Part shown: positions 41,348 through 51,620 of the stretch, piece after piece | Position numbering within the stretch: the stretch's first letter is position 1 | How the letters are laid out: each line of letters begins with the position of its first letter | Source of the DNA: an uncultured bacterium | GTDB lineage: Bacteria > Verrucomicrobiota > Verrucomicrobiia > Limisphaerales > UBA8199 | Reading direction: 5' to 3' | Length of the DNA stretch: 64,000 bases | NCBI GenBank assembly: GCA_963749495.1 | Contig: CAVVMW010000022.1 | Location: 224,001-288,000, forward strand | Notes under the pieces: generated by a model | What the model was told of the DNA's origin: nothing | The model's database searches: none | What the model saw: the letters and a program-made list of their open reading frames with translations, nothing else | Made by a program: the position numbers and the translations under genes

Positions 41348-41740
41348 AGAAAAAGGAATGTAGAGAACGCGGGGGCGAGATAATCCGGGACTCGGGAATA
41401 CAGAAGTGACTTTGGAGAAGTTGGGACCGCCCCCGTGTTCTTTACATTCCTGGGTTGAACGAAGCCGCGGCCCAAGGTTCGTTGGGCCATCCTTGGGGGT
41501 ACTGCGGAAAGTGCCGGATCTGGCTTTGACTACGGTGTGCGGTCGAGGCTTTTGGGGACGGGTCAGAGCCGTGCCAAGCTGCGCCAGTCCCGGTGCTGAC
41601 TGGGCAGCAGCGTCGTGGAGGTTCCGGGATCGGCCACTGGCCAGTTGGGACGCTCAAGCGGGTGCCACGCGAACAAAGCGCGGGGGTGGGAGTTGGCCCC
41701 CCAGCCGGAACGAGCAGTGAGGTGGTCCAGGGCGTGGTTT

Positions 41741-42983
41741 TCATGGCGGCCTGATGGTGCGGTGGACGCCGATGGGGGAGCCGTCGGGCAAGTAGATGAC
41801 CTTTTGCCATGGGCGCCAGGAGCCGACCAGGACCAGTGCGGTGCCACAATGCGGGCAAAGCAGGCCTGCCTGCCGGACAGGCAGGGGTGTGGGCTGGGCG
41901 CAGACTCCTTGAGCGGCCAAGGGCGGGTCAGTCGGCGGGCTGGAGGTCGGAGGCTGCCAAGCGGCTTTCTCGGCCGCGGAGAGTAAGGGCGGTATTTTGA
42001 GCAGGGGCTCGGACGCGGTTGAACTGGGCGCGGCCCCCGGGATGGAGCCAGCCAAAGCGGCGGACCCGATGGAATCTGAGCGGCAGGACGTGCTGGAGGA
42101 AGCGGCGGAGGAACTCGAAGGGGGCCATGTCCATGTGGCCCCAAGCCCCCGTGGCACTGTGGCGGAAGGGCCAGCGCAAGCGTCCGTCAGGCAGCAATTG
42201 GAGTTGGCGATTGCCGGTGGCGGTTTTAAACACGTAACGGCTGAGGTAGCGCAACGCCTTTTGGCCCCTGCCGACAGCAGCGCTGTGAACGACCCAGCGT
42301 TGCTGCCAGAGGTTGGCCGGGAGGTCATCAAGGGCCTCGGGCATCTGCTCTTGGAGTGCCTGGTGGTAAAGCGTGCGGCAGCGATCGCTCAGGGCTTTGA
42401 CCGGCAACAGGAACCGAGGGCGGCTGGAGATCCACTGGCGCTGGTCCGGGCTGAGGCCCCCGCCGGGCACCAGGTAGTGGACGTGGGGATGGTATTCGAG
42501 GGTGCGCGTCCAGGTGTGGAGCACGCCCAGCATACCGAGGGTGGCGCCGAGGCGTTTGGGATTTTGAGCCAGATCCTGCAGGGCCTGGGAACTGGCGGCC
42601 AGGAGCAGGTCATAGCCCTTTTGGGGGTGAGAGCGGATCCAGCGGCGCAAGCCGTTGGGCACGGTGAAGGTGACCAGGAAATAGTTCACCGGCAGCAACA
42701 GGGCGCTATTCTCATCAAGCCACTGCTGGGCATCCTGGCCGCCGCACTGCGGGCAGTGCCGGTCGTTGCAGGAGTGATAACTGAAGTGGCGGTGGTCGCA
42801 CTTGGGGCAACAGTACATCGCCCCGCCCAGGGCCGGGGTGCGGCAAGCCAAGAGGCGTTGCAGCACCCGGCACTGGCGGGTGGGCATGGCAGCTCCGAAC
42901 TGCTCCAGATAGGCCGGAGCCCATCGGCACAACACTTCGTGGACGGATAAGGAGCTGCCGCTGTCCTGAGCGGCTGCGGCCAT
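41741..42983 (-). CDS. IS91-family Y2/HUH transposase with Zn-binding domain; frameshift at ~42005
   Basis: CRT...SCNDRHCPQC, HPHVH, YLSRY, FLRRFLQHVLP; C-terminal CPHCG...RPP in the second frame. Confidence 0.92.
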
Positions 42984-42994
42984 TGAGAGGCCGC

Positions 42995-43884
42995 CTAGAG
43001 GTCGCCCATGAACTTGTTAATGCGCTGCTGGTGCTGAGTCTGACAGAGGGTGGTTAAGTGGGTGTAGATGACGGTGGTGACGGGGCTGTGATGGCCGAGG
43101 TTGACCTGCAATTGGCGGAGGTTTTCGCCTTGCTCCAGCAGGTGGGTGGCATAGCTGTGGCGCAGCGTATGAATGTGGGCCGCCTTGTTGATGCCGCTGG
43201 CGTGCAGGGCCAGACGGAAGGCTCGTTGCAGCGTGGTGCGGTTCATGGGCTCGGTGGCGGTAAGAGCGCCCAGACCGCTGTGGCCTTTAGCTGGGAAGAG
43301 CCATCGTGGATGGCGGTGGCTGCGCCAGAGTTCGCGCAGCAGTTCCAGGGTGCGCTGGGGCAAGGGCACATAACGGTTGCGGTTGCCCTTGCCCGCCCGG
43401 ATGTGCAAGAACATCCGTTGGGAATCGATGTCGCCGACTTCCAGGTTGACGGCTTCGCCCAAGCGCAGGCCACAGGAGTAGATCGTCGTCAGGGCGACCC
43501 GATGGTCCAGAGGGCCAACCTGGGCGATAATCGTGCGCACCTCGGAGGCCGAGAGGATAACTGGCAGCTTGAATTGGGGCGTGGCGCGCACAAACTCCAG
43601 TTCCGCGGGCCAGGGCCGCTGGAGGGTTTTCTCCCAGAAGAGTTTGATGGCACACAAAGCCTGCGTGGAGGTTTGGCGGGCCAAGTGCCGCTCGGTCTTG
43701 AGATGGATGAAATACTGGCGCAGTTCCTCGGCGCTGACCAAGTCGGGCGAGCGCTCAAAGTGATCGGAGAGTTGGCGTACACAGACCCAGTAGATCTCTT
43801 GGCTTCGGGGCTGGAGCGGCAGCAGAGCCAGGTCATCGGCAAAGCGGTTCAGGATTGCGTGAGGAGAACTTTTTTTATATCCAT
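42995..43884 (-). CDS. Tyrosine recombinase/integrase; start uncertain (ATG 43884 is one base out of frame at an A7 run)
   Basis: YSCGLRLGE, GKGNRNR, HTLRHSYATHLLE, LGH, TVIYTH. Confidence 0.93.
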
Positions 43885-44164
43885 AGCTGCGGTAGCTACA
43901 AGTTAATGGTGACGGTTTGCCGTGCGTCAATGCACGGCGAACCGTCATCAGTCTGGGGGAGTCCCCACCAAAGGCCAATGCAAAACAAGCCCTCCAGCCT
44001 GCGAACTGCGAAGCCGCAGGAGTCCCGTCTTCTCCGCCGCGAAGCGGCTTCGTTCAACCCTGGGCTGAGTGATTCTGATCCCTTCGGGATGGTTCAGTGA
44101 ATGGCGGCGTCTGCGGCACCTTGCCAGGTTTGACGCGGGGGACCCATTCGTGCAGTGTTCATGC

Positions 44165-44395
44165 ATGAGTAAGACCATTACGATCGACAATGATGCCTAC
44201 CAACTGCTGGCCAAACTCAAGCGAGGCAGCCGCGATTCGTTCACGAGGGTCATCCGCAGGCACATAATCCCGCCGGCGGAAACCTGCGGCGAGTTGCTCG
44301 AGGCAATGGAAAATCAACCGCCCCCAAACGTTGATCTGAAAGCGCTGGATCGGATAGAGAGGGAACGAGGACGACGTTCGGGCGGACGCAAGTGA
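44165..44395 (+). CDS. VapB-like antitoxin (DUF217-type)
   Basis: MSKTITIDNDAYQLLAKLKRGSRDSFTRVIRR. Confidence 0.8.
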   Translation: MSKTITIDNDAYQLLAKLKRGSRDSFTRVIRRHIIPPAETCGELLEAMENQPPPNVDLKALDRIERERGRRSGGRK

Positions 44396-44439
44396 TCGCC
44401 GACACCACATTCTTTATCAGTGTCAGCCAGCAGCCTCAT
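44392..44439. pseudogene. Two head-on VapC/PIN toxin 5' stubs
   Basis: Plus strand VIADTTFFI (GTGA overlap); minus strand MRLLADT (ATGA overlap). Confidence 0.7.
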
Positions 44440-44657
44440 TTCCAGTCCTCCATGACCGGGGACTTCAAATCTCCATAGCATTGCGGGTCGTCGGGTTTAT
44501 CCACACGCCAAGGCCCTGCTTGTTCCTGATAGGCAGACAACACTGCCTTTGGCTTGCCATGAGCAGTAAAGACGATCTGAGCGCCAGCTTCCACCTTCTT
44601 AATCAACCTGCGTAGGTCAGTCCGGCCTTCGCCGATGGGAACCGTGATTGTTCTCAT
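44436..44657 (-). CDS. Phd/YefM-family antitoxin
   Basis: EGRTDLRRLIKKVEAGAQIVFTAHGKPKAVL. Confidence 0.85.
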   Translation of the reverse strand: MRTITVPIGEGRTDLRRLIKKVEAGAQIVFTAHGKPKAVLSAYQEQAGPWRVDKPDDPQCYGDLKSPVMEDWK

Positions 44658-44776
44658 AGTGTTCTCACGCAACGGACGCATTGTCCAGACTATCCGGTCG
44701 GTCCGAATCTCCGGCCCTTTGGGCCGCGAGCCAGAGCAGCGTTTTGGATGCCCATCCAAACTGGCCCGGCGCTACC

Positions 44777-46260
44777 CTACCGCGCTGCCGCTGCCGCGGT
44801 CTGCTGCTCGACTTCCCAGCCGCCGCCCAGGGCCTTATAGACGGCAACCAGAGCGGCGACGGTGCGGGTCTGGCTTTGGGCCAGTTGGTCCTCGACGGCC
44901 AATTGGGTGCGCTCGGCGTCGAGCACAGTGAGGAAATCGACCAGGCCGCTGGTGTAGCGCTGGTTGGCCAGGGCGGCGGCAGAGGCCGCAGAGCGGGCGG
45001 AGGCGGCCAGGTGGTCGCGCTGGACTTGCTGGCGGCCAAAATCAACCAGCGCGTTCTCGGTCTCCTCCAGCGCGCTGAGCACGGTCCGCTCGTAGGTGGC
45101 CAGTTGCGCGTCGGCGCGGGCGTTGGCCTGCTTGATGCGCGCCCGGACACGGCCCAGGTCCAGCGCCGCCCAGGTGATGCGCGGGCCGAAGGAATAGGAA
45201 TCGGAACCGGACGCGCCCAAGCCGGAGAGTTGGCTGGCCTCCAGGGCCAGGTTGCCATTGAAGGTGACCTTGGGGAAGAAATCGGCGGTTTGGACGCCGA
45301 CCAGGGCGGTGGCCAGGGCCAGAGACCGTTCGGCAGCCTGGATGTCAGGCCGGCGGCGGAGCAACTCGGAGGGCGTGCCGATCGAGAGCATGGGCGGCAA
45401 CGAAGGCAGCGGGGCCGGGGCGGCCAGTTCGCTTTGAAGGGCGGCGGGCTGCTGGCCCACCAGGACCGCGGCGCGGTGGATGGCGTGCTGGATGGCGGCT
45501 TCCAGCAGCGGCAGCCCTGCCTGTGCGGCCTCCCATTGCGAGCGGGCGCGATCCGTGTCCAATTGCGTGGCCCGCCCGGCGCGCAGCCTGGCCTCGGTCA
45601 GCTCGAGCGTCTGGCGCTGGTTCTCGACGTTCTTGCGCGCCACGTCCAATTCGTGCTGGGCGCCGCGCAGATCGAAATAATTGCGCGCCACCTCGGCTAT
45701 CAAGCTCACCAGGACGTCCCGCCGGGTTTCCACGGTCGAGGCCACTCCGGCGGCGGCGGCCTGGATGGCCCGGCGCGCCCCGCCGAAGAGGTCGAGCTCC
45801 CAGGTCGCATCGAACCCGGTGTTGAACATGGAGAGTTCGCGCTCCTCGCGCGTGGTGGGGAACCCTTCCGCGGCCTTGCTGGCGGTCGATTTTTCGTAGC
45901 CGGCGCCGGTCGTGACAATGGGCAGGGCGCTCAGGATGGCCTCCGAGCGCAGGGCCCGCGCCTCGCGCACGCGGGCGGTGGCGATGCGGAGGTCCGGGTT
46001 GGATGCCACGGCAAGGTCGATCAAGCGGTTGAGTTCCGGGTCATTGAAACCACGCCACCACGTCACCGCCGTCTGATTGGTCGAGGCGGGCGTTTGGCCG
46101 GCATTGGCGAAGGTGGGGCTGACGGAGGTCTGGGGGGGTTTGTAATTGGGGCCGGCGGCGCAGCCGTTGAGCAGCACCAGCGCGGCGGTGCCCAGCAGGA
46201 ACAGGCCCAGGGCGGCGCCCGGCGCGGCGGCTTTCGGGGCGGCCCCGGGGCTGGGCCTTC
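44777..46260 (-). CDS. Outer-membrane efflux factor (NodT/OprM-like), probably the C-terminal part of an RND fusion
   Basis: Lipobox LLNGC, WWRGFNDPEL, WELDLFG, RRPDI, LYKALGGGW-like end; no ATG/GTG start nearby. Confidence 0.85.
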
Positions 46261-49200
46261 GGTCCCGGGCCCGAGCAGACCCCGGATGAGCGCATAGAAC
46301 ACCGGCGTCAGGAAGATGCCGAAGAGCGTCACGCCGATCATGCCCCAGAACACGGCGGTGCCAATCGAGGTGCGCATCTCGGCGCCGGCGCCGTGCGAGA
46401 GCATCAAGGGGATGACACCGAAGGTGAAGGCGAGCGAGGTCATGAGGATGGGGCGCAGCCGCAGCCTGGAGGCCTCGATGGCGGCCTCGATCCGCCCCTG
46501 GCCCGCCCCCTGTAATTGGCGGGCAAACTCGACGATCAGGATGGCGTTCTTGCACGCCAGGCCCATCAGCACCACCAGCCCGATTTGCGTGAACAGGTTG
46601 TTCTCGAATCCCCGCGCCCAGACCCCGCCAATGGCAAAGAGCAGGCACAGCGGCACGATGAGGATGATGGCCAGCGGCAACGACCAGCTCTCGTATTGGG
46701 CGGCCAGGACCAGGAACATCATCAGCACGCAGAGCGGGAAGATATAGACGGCCGTGTTGCCGGCCAGGATCTGCAGATAGCTCAGTTCGGTCCACTCGAA
46801 CGTCATGCCGGGCGGGAGGTTCTGCTGCGCCAACTCCTGCATCGTGCGCAGCATCTCGCCCGAGCCGACGCCGGGAGGCGTGCTGCCGGTAATCTCGGCC
46901 GTCGCGAACATGTTGTAATGGCCCGCCAGCACCGGCGCCGTGATGTCGTCCACGCGGACCAGCGTGCCCAAGGGCACCATTTCGCCGCGGACGTTGCGGG
47001 TCTTGAGATTCAGCACGTTCTGCGGCCTGCGGCGGAACGGGGCGTCCGCCTGCGCCGTCACGTGGAACGGCCGGCCCAGGTACGTGAAGTCGTTCACGTA
47101 GAGCGAGCCCAGATAGATGTTGAGCGTGTCCCAGACCTCGTTCATGGGCACGCCCATCGACTCCGCCTTGGCGCGGTCCACGTCGAGGAAGATTTGGGGG
47201 ACGTTGGCGCGGAAGGTGGACATGGCGCCGACGATGCGCGGGTCCTGGTTGGCTGCGGCGGCCAGGCGGCCCACCGCCGCTTCCAGGGTACGGTAACCGG
47301 CAGCCTCGCGATCCTCGACCTGGAGCTTGAACCCGCCCAGTATCCCCAGCCCATCCACGGGCGGCGGGGGGAAGACATTGACCATCGCCTCCTGGATGTT
47401 CGCCCGGGCGATGCGCGCCCGCAGGTCGGCCATGATCCTCGGGCCGGTCAACCCATGCCTGACCCGCTCGTGGAAGGGCGTCAGGCGGATGAACATGCTC
47501 GAGGCATTGGGGCTGCTGCCCAGGTTGACCAGGCTCAACCCCGCAAACTCGGACACCAACTGGACGCCGGAAGTGGCCTTGACAATCTGGACCACCCTCC
47601 CACTCACCTCACGGGTGCGCTGGAGCGACGCCCCGTCGGGCAGTTGCAGGTAACAGTACAGGTTGCCTTTGTCCTGGGAGGGAATGAAACCGGCAGGGAC
47701 ATGGACAAACCCAAACCAGGTCATGGCGAGGAGCCCCGCGTAGAGCACCATCCCCAGGCCGCAATGGCGCAGCAGCCGCCGCAACGCCCCCACATACCCC
47801 GAACGGCTCGCGTCGAACAGCCGGTTGAACCCGGCGAAAATCCAGCCGACCGAGCCGTGAATCACCCGCCCCAGGAGGTCCTTGGGCGCATGGTGGGGTT
47901 GGAGCAGCAGCGCCGCCAGGGCCGGGCTGAGCGTCAGCGAGTTGAAGGCCGAGATCAGCGTCGAGACCGCTATCGTGAGGGCGAACTGCTGATAGAACTT
48001 GCCCGTGATGCCCCGGATGAAGGCCGTGGGAATAAAGACCGCGCTCAGCACCAGCGCAATGGCCACCACCGCCCCGCTGACCTCCTGCATCGCCTTGTGG
48101 GTCGCCTCGACCGGCGATAGACCCTCCCCGATGTGCCGCTCGACGTTCTCGACCACCACGATGGCGTCGTCCACCACAATGCCGATAGCCAGGACCAGGC
48201 CGAAGAGGGACAGGTTGTTGATCGAGAACCCGAAGGCGGACATGGCGGCCAAAGTGCCGATGAGGGAGACCGGCACCGCCACCAGCGGGATGATGGATGC
48301 CCTCCAGGTCTGCAGGAAGAGCACCACCACCAGGACGACCAGGATGATGGCCTCGACCAGCGTGTGCAGCACCGCGCGGATCGACTCGCGAATGAAGGCC
48401 GAGGTGTCGAAGGCGATGCGGTAATCCAAACCCTCCGGGAAGCTCTTCTTGAGTTCCTTCATCGTCGCCTCCAGGGCATTGGCCGTCTCGATGGCATTGG
48501 ACCCCGGCTGCTGGAAGATGGCGACGCCCGCCGCCGGTTTGCCGTCCAGCAGGGCGTCGATGCTGTAATCGGCGGCGTCCAACTCGACCCGCGCCACGTC
48601 GCGCAGGCGGGTCACCTGGCCGTCGGCGCCCGTCTTGAGGATGATGTCTTCGAATTCTCTCGGAGTGGTCAGCCGGCCCTTGAGCTGCACCGCCAGTTGG
48701 AACTGGTTCTCCTTGGGTTGGGGCGGCTGGCCGAACTGGCCGGCGGCCACCTCGACGTTCTGCCGGCGAATGGCCGCCGCCACGTCGCTGGCCGTCAGGT
48801 CCCGCGCCGAGACCTTGTCCGGGTCCAGCCAGATGCGCATCGCGTAATCGCGGGCGCCGAAGATGATCGTGTCGCCGACCCCCGGCAACCGCCGCAGCAC
48901 GTCCTGCACGTGCAGGTAGGCATAGTTGCTCAGATAGACGGCCTTATACTTCCCGCTGGGCGAGACCAGGCTGATAATCATGGCTATGGTGGGCGAGCGC
49001 TTGCGCACGGTCACCCCAAGCTGGCGCACCACGTCCGGCAAACGCGGCAGGGCCAGGTCCACGCGGTTTTGCACCAGCACCTGCGCCATGTTCGGGTTCG
49101 TGCCAACCTTGAATGTGATCGCCAGGCGCATCGAACCGTCGCTGGAGCACTGAGCGTTCATGTACAACATGTCCTCGACGCCGTTGATCTGCTCCTCGAT

Positions 49201-49398
49201 GGGCGTGGCAACCGTGTCCGCCATCGTCTCGGCGGTGGCGCCGGGGTAGCTGGCCATCACGAAGATGGTCGGTGGCGTGATCTCGGGATACTGGGCTATC
49301 GGCAGTGTGAGCAGCGCAATCAGCCCCAGCAGCACGATGAAGATCGAGAGCACCGCCGCGAAGATGGGGCGGCGAATGAAGAAATGGGAGAAGGTCAT
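46063..49398 (-). CDS. RND efflux permease (HAE1, MexF/BpeF-like)
   Basis: FFIRRPIFA, GIVVDDAIVVVEN, CKNAILIVEFA, RLRPILMTS. Confidence 0.95.
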   Translation of the reverse strand: MTFSHFFIRRPIFAAVLSIFIVLLGLIALLTLPIAQYPEITPPTIFVMASYPGATAETMADTVATPIEEQINGVEDMLYMNAQCSSDGSMRLAITFKVGTNPNMAQVLVQNRVDLALPRLPDVVRQLGVTVRKRSPTIAMIISLVSPSGKYKAVYLSNYAYLHVQDVLRRLPGVGDTIIFGARDYAMRIWLDPDKVSARDLTASDVAAAIRRQNVEVAAGQFGQPPQPKENQFQLAVQLKGRLTTPREFEDIILKTGADGQVTRLRDVARVELDAADYSIDALLDGKPAAGVAIFQQPGSNAIETANALEATMKELKKSFPEGLDYRIAFDTSAFIRESIRAVLHTLVEAIILVVLVVVLFLQTWRASIIPLVAVPVSLIGTLAAMSAFGFSINNLSLFGLVLAIGIVVDDAIVVVENVERHIGEGLSPVEATHKAMQEVSGAVVAIALVLSAVFIPTAFIRGITGKFYQQFALTIAVSTLISAFNSLTLSPALAALLLQPHHAPKDLLGRVIHGSVGWIFAGFNRLFDASRSGYVGALRRLLRHCGLGMVLYAGLLAMTWFGFVHVPAGFIPSQDKGNLYCYLQLPDGASLQRTREVSGRVVQIVKATSGVQLVSEFAGLSLVNLGSSPNASSMFIRLTPFHERVRHGLTGPRIMADLRARIARANIQEAMVNVFPPPPVDGLGILGGFKLQVEDREAAGYRTLEAAVGRLAAAANQDPRIVGAMSTFRANVPQIFLDVDRAKAESMGVPMNEVWDTLNIYLGSLYVNDFTYLGRPFHVTAQADAPFRRRPQNVLNLKTRNVRGEMVPLGTLVRVDDITAPVLAGHYNMFATAEITGSTPPGVGSGEMLRTMQELAQQNLPPGMTFEWTELSYLQILAGNTAVYIFPLCVLMMFLVLAAQYESWSLPLAIILIVPLCLLFAIGGVWARGFENNLFTQIGLVVLMGLACKNAILIVEFARQLQGAGQGRIEAAIEASRLRLRPILMTSLAFTFGVIPLMLSHGAGAEMRTSIGTAVFWGMIGVTLFGIFLTPVFYALIRGLLGPGTEGPAPGPPRKPPRRAPPWACSCWAPPRWCCSTAAPPAPITNPPRPPSAPPSPMPAKRPPRPIRRR

Positions 49399-50603
49399 TG
49401 CAGTTCCAGTTTGGCGCCCCTGCGCACCATCACCAGGCCGTTGACCACGAGGCGATCCTGGGGCGTGAGCCCCTCCAGCACAGCCCGCAACGGCCCGTGC
49501 GCCGGGCCGAGCGTGACCGTGCGCATATCGGCAGTCCCTTCCGGACTGACCACATAGACGTATTTATAGTTCTGGTCGGCCATGACTGCGATGTCGGGCA
49601 CCATCAGGGACTCGACGGGCGGTCCTGCCGGCACCTGCACGGTGGCGAAGAGCCCCGGCACCAGGGCCCGGTCTTCGTTGCCAAAGACCGCGCGCAGGCG
49701 GATCGTGCCGGTCTTGGCGTTGACCTGGTTGTCCGAGTAATCGACCCGGCCGCGGTGCGGGAAGCCCTCCTCGTTGCCCAGCTTCAGTTCGCACGGCATC
49801 GAGAACGAGGCCGTTTCCCCTTGGCCGGTCTGGAAGCAACGGCGGTATTGGAGGAAGGCCCCTTCCTCGACGTCGAAATAGCAATAGATCGGGGACATCG
49901 TCACGATCGTGGCCAGCACCGGCGTGCCGTTGGCCTGGACCAGGTTGCCCGTGGTGACCAGGCGCCGGCTCACCCGTCCGGCTATGGGGGCGGTGACGCG
50001 GGTGTAATCCAGGTTGAGCTTTGCCGCAGTTTCCGCTGCCCGGCTTGCCGTGAGGGCGTCTTCGGCCTCGTGCGCTGCCTTGGCCCGGCTGTCCAGTTCC
50101 TCATCCGAAATAGCCTTGGTCCCTCGCAGCGTCTCGGCCCGCGCCATGTCGTCGCGCGCCAACGCCAGGTGCGTCTCCGCCTGCTGCCTCATCGCCGTGG
50201 CCCGATCCAACTCCGCCTGGTACGGCTTCGGGTCGATCCCGAACAGCAGGTCGCCGGCCTTCACCTCCGCTCCATCCACGAACGGGATCGATTCCAGGTA
50301 GCCCATCACCCGCGCGCGGACTTCCACCGCCTCCACCGCCTCGACGTGGCCGGGATATCGGTCCCAATTGGTCACCGTCATCTGCTGGGGCCGCGCCACC
50401 GTGACCTTGACCGGCGGCATAGCTCGCGCCGCCGGGCGCCGCTCACAGCCCGCCAGCAGCGCTGCGCCGGCGAGGGCTAGGACGAGGATGGTGTTACGCC
50501 TGCTCGCGGGGTGCGGCGGGTCGAGGGTCGAGGGTCGAGGGTCGAGGCAACGAAGGCGAGTGTGCGAGCTGCACATTCGGGCGAGGTCAAGCATTGGGTT
50601 CAT
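49395..50603 (-). CDS. RND periplasmic adaptor (MFP) lipoprotein; start uncertain
   Basis: LLAGC, VEVRARVMGYL, YTRVTAPIAG, TGTIRLRA. Confidence 0.9.
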   Translation of the reverse strand: MNPMLDLARMCSSHTRLRCLDPRPSTLDPPHPASRRNTILVLALAGAALLAGCERRPAARAMPPVKVTVARPQQMTVTNWDRYPGHVEAVEAVEVRARVMGYLESIPFVDGAEVKAGDLLFGIDPKPYQAELDRATAMRQQAETHLALARDDMARAETLRGTKAISDEELDSRAKAAHEAEDALTASRAAETAAKLNLDYTRVTAPIAGRVSRRLVTTGNLVQANGTPVLATIVTMSPIYCYFDVEEGAFLQYRRCFQTGQGETASFSMPCELKLGNEEGFPHRGRVDYSDNQVNAKTGTIRLRAVFGNEDRALVPGLFATVQVPAGPPVESLMVPDIAVMADQNYKYVYVVSPEGTADMRTVTLGPAHGPLRAVLEGLTPQDRLVVNGLVMVRRGAKLELQ

Positions 50604-50664
50604 AGGTAAAATCACGCGAGAGGCGATTGAAAATTGAAAATTGAAAATTGAAAATTGAAAATTG
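50518..50664. repeat. (TCGAGGG)4 and (TTGAAAA)5 heptamer arrays
   Basis: Visible directly, in or near the MFP leader. Confidence 0.9.
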
Positions 50665-50820
50665 CGGGCACCGGTTTTCGACCGGTCGCTTGAATTTGCA
50701 ATTTGCAGTTCAAATCCTGGTCTGTCGCAATGCCTTCCGGCTCCGGATGCGTCGGCCTGTCTTCTTGGCGTGTCTTTGTTTTCATTGTTCATCCGAATGC
50801 GGCTGGTGCTCGATGGCGGC

Positions 50821-51483
50821 TCACACCGCCTTGAGACCGGCCGCAGCGAAGCCAACCAGTCGCCGCACCAGGCTCTCACAGTCCGGCTTTGGGTCCAGGC
50901 GGCAGGGCAGGGCCTGGTCGAGCATCAACAACAAATAGTGCAAGGACCCGATGATGAACGTCTTGCCGTAAATCAGGCCCTCCTCTGACAAAGCCGGGAT
51001 GGCCCGGCGCAACGCGGCGTCAAACCGCGCCGCCAGACGATCGAAATGCGCCTCCTTGAGCCTGGACACCGTCCGTCCCGGCTCCCCGACCAGCCGCCCC
51101 ATCAACTTCGCGAAGCTGGTGCTGCCCCATTTGGGGTCCAGCGCATGTTCGACCACCGGCCGGATGTAGGCCGCCAGCACGTCCTCCACCCTGGGCGGTG
51201 TCCCGGCCGCTGCCTTCTCCACCTCGTCCAACGCTGCCAGCCGTTCCTCGGTTATTGGGGTCAGGCGACGGTCGAACGCCGCGAACACCAGGCCCTCCTT
51301 GCTGCCGAAATAGTAACTGATGGCCCCGACGTTTGCCCCGGCAGCGGCCGTGATGTCGCGCGTGGAGGCCCGCTCCGGCCCGTGGAGGGCGAAGAGCCGC
51401 TCGGCCGCGTCAAGAATGCGCTGGCGGGTCTGCGAGGCGGCATGTTCGGCATGAGCGCCTGGAACTGGTCGAGTCGGGTCCAC
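50821..51483 (-). CDS. TetR/AcrR-family regulator
   Basis: TRQRILDAAERLFA...ISYYFGSKEGL. Confidence 0.92.
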   Translation of the reverse strand: MDPTRPVPGAHAEHAASQTRQRILDAAERLFALHGPERASTRDITAAAGANVGAISYYFGSKEGLVFAAFDRRLTPITEERLAALDEVEKAAAGTPPRVEDVLAAYIRPVVEHALDPKWGSTSFAKLMGRLVGEPGRTVSRLKEAHFDRLAARFDAALRRAIPALSEEGLIYGKTFIIGSLHYLLLMLDQALPCRLDPKPDCESLVRRLVGFAAAGLKAV

Positions 51484-51620
51484 AAATCAATCGCTTGTTT
51501 CAATCATGCCGTCCCGCGCACACTCATGTCAACAGATAATTGAATGTGCCCGCCCAAGGGGGCGTGTCATCTCCGTACTACATGGCATGAACGATCGGGC
51601 GCAACGCCCGCATGCCGATT

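Larger units (their letters stand above)
41452..44060 (-). mobile_element. Integrase plus IS91-like transposase element
   Basis: 17-bp perfect inverted match GGGTTGAACGAAGCCGC / GCGGCTTCGTTCAACCC around the two genes. Confidence 0.85.

Noticed and set aside
43868..43884. Programmed -1 frameshift at the A7 run in the integrase start
   Set aside because: Formally slippery, but a homopolymer error is more likely in this assembly.
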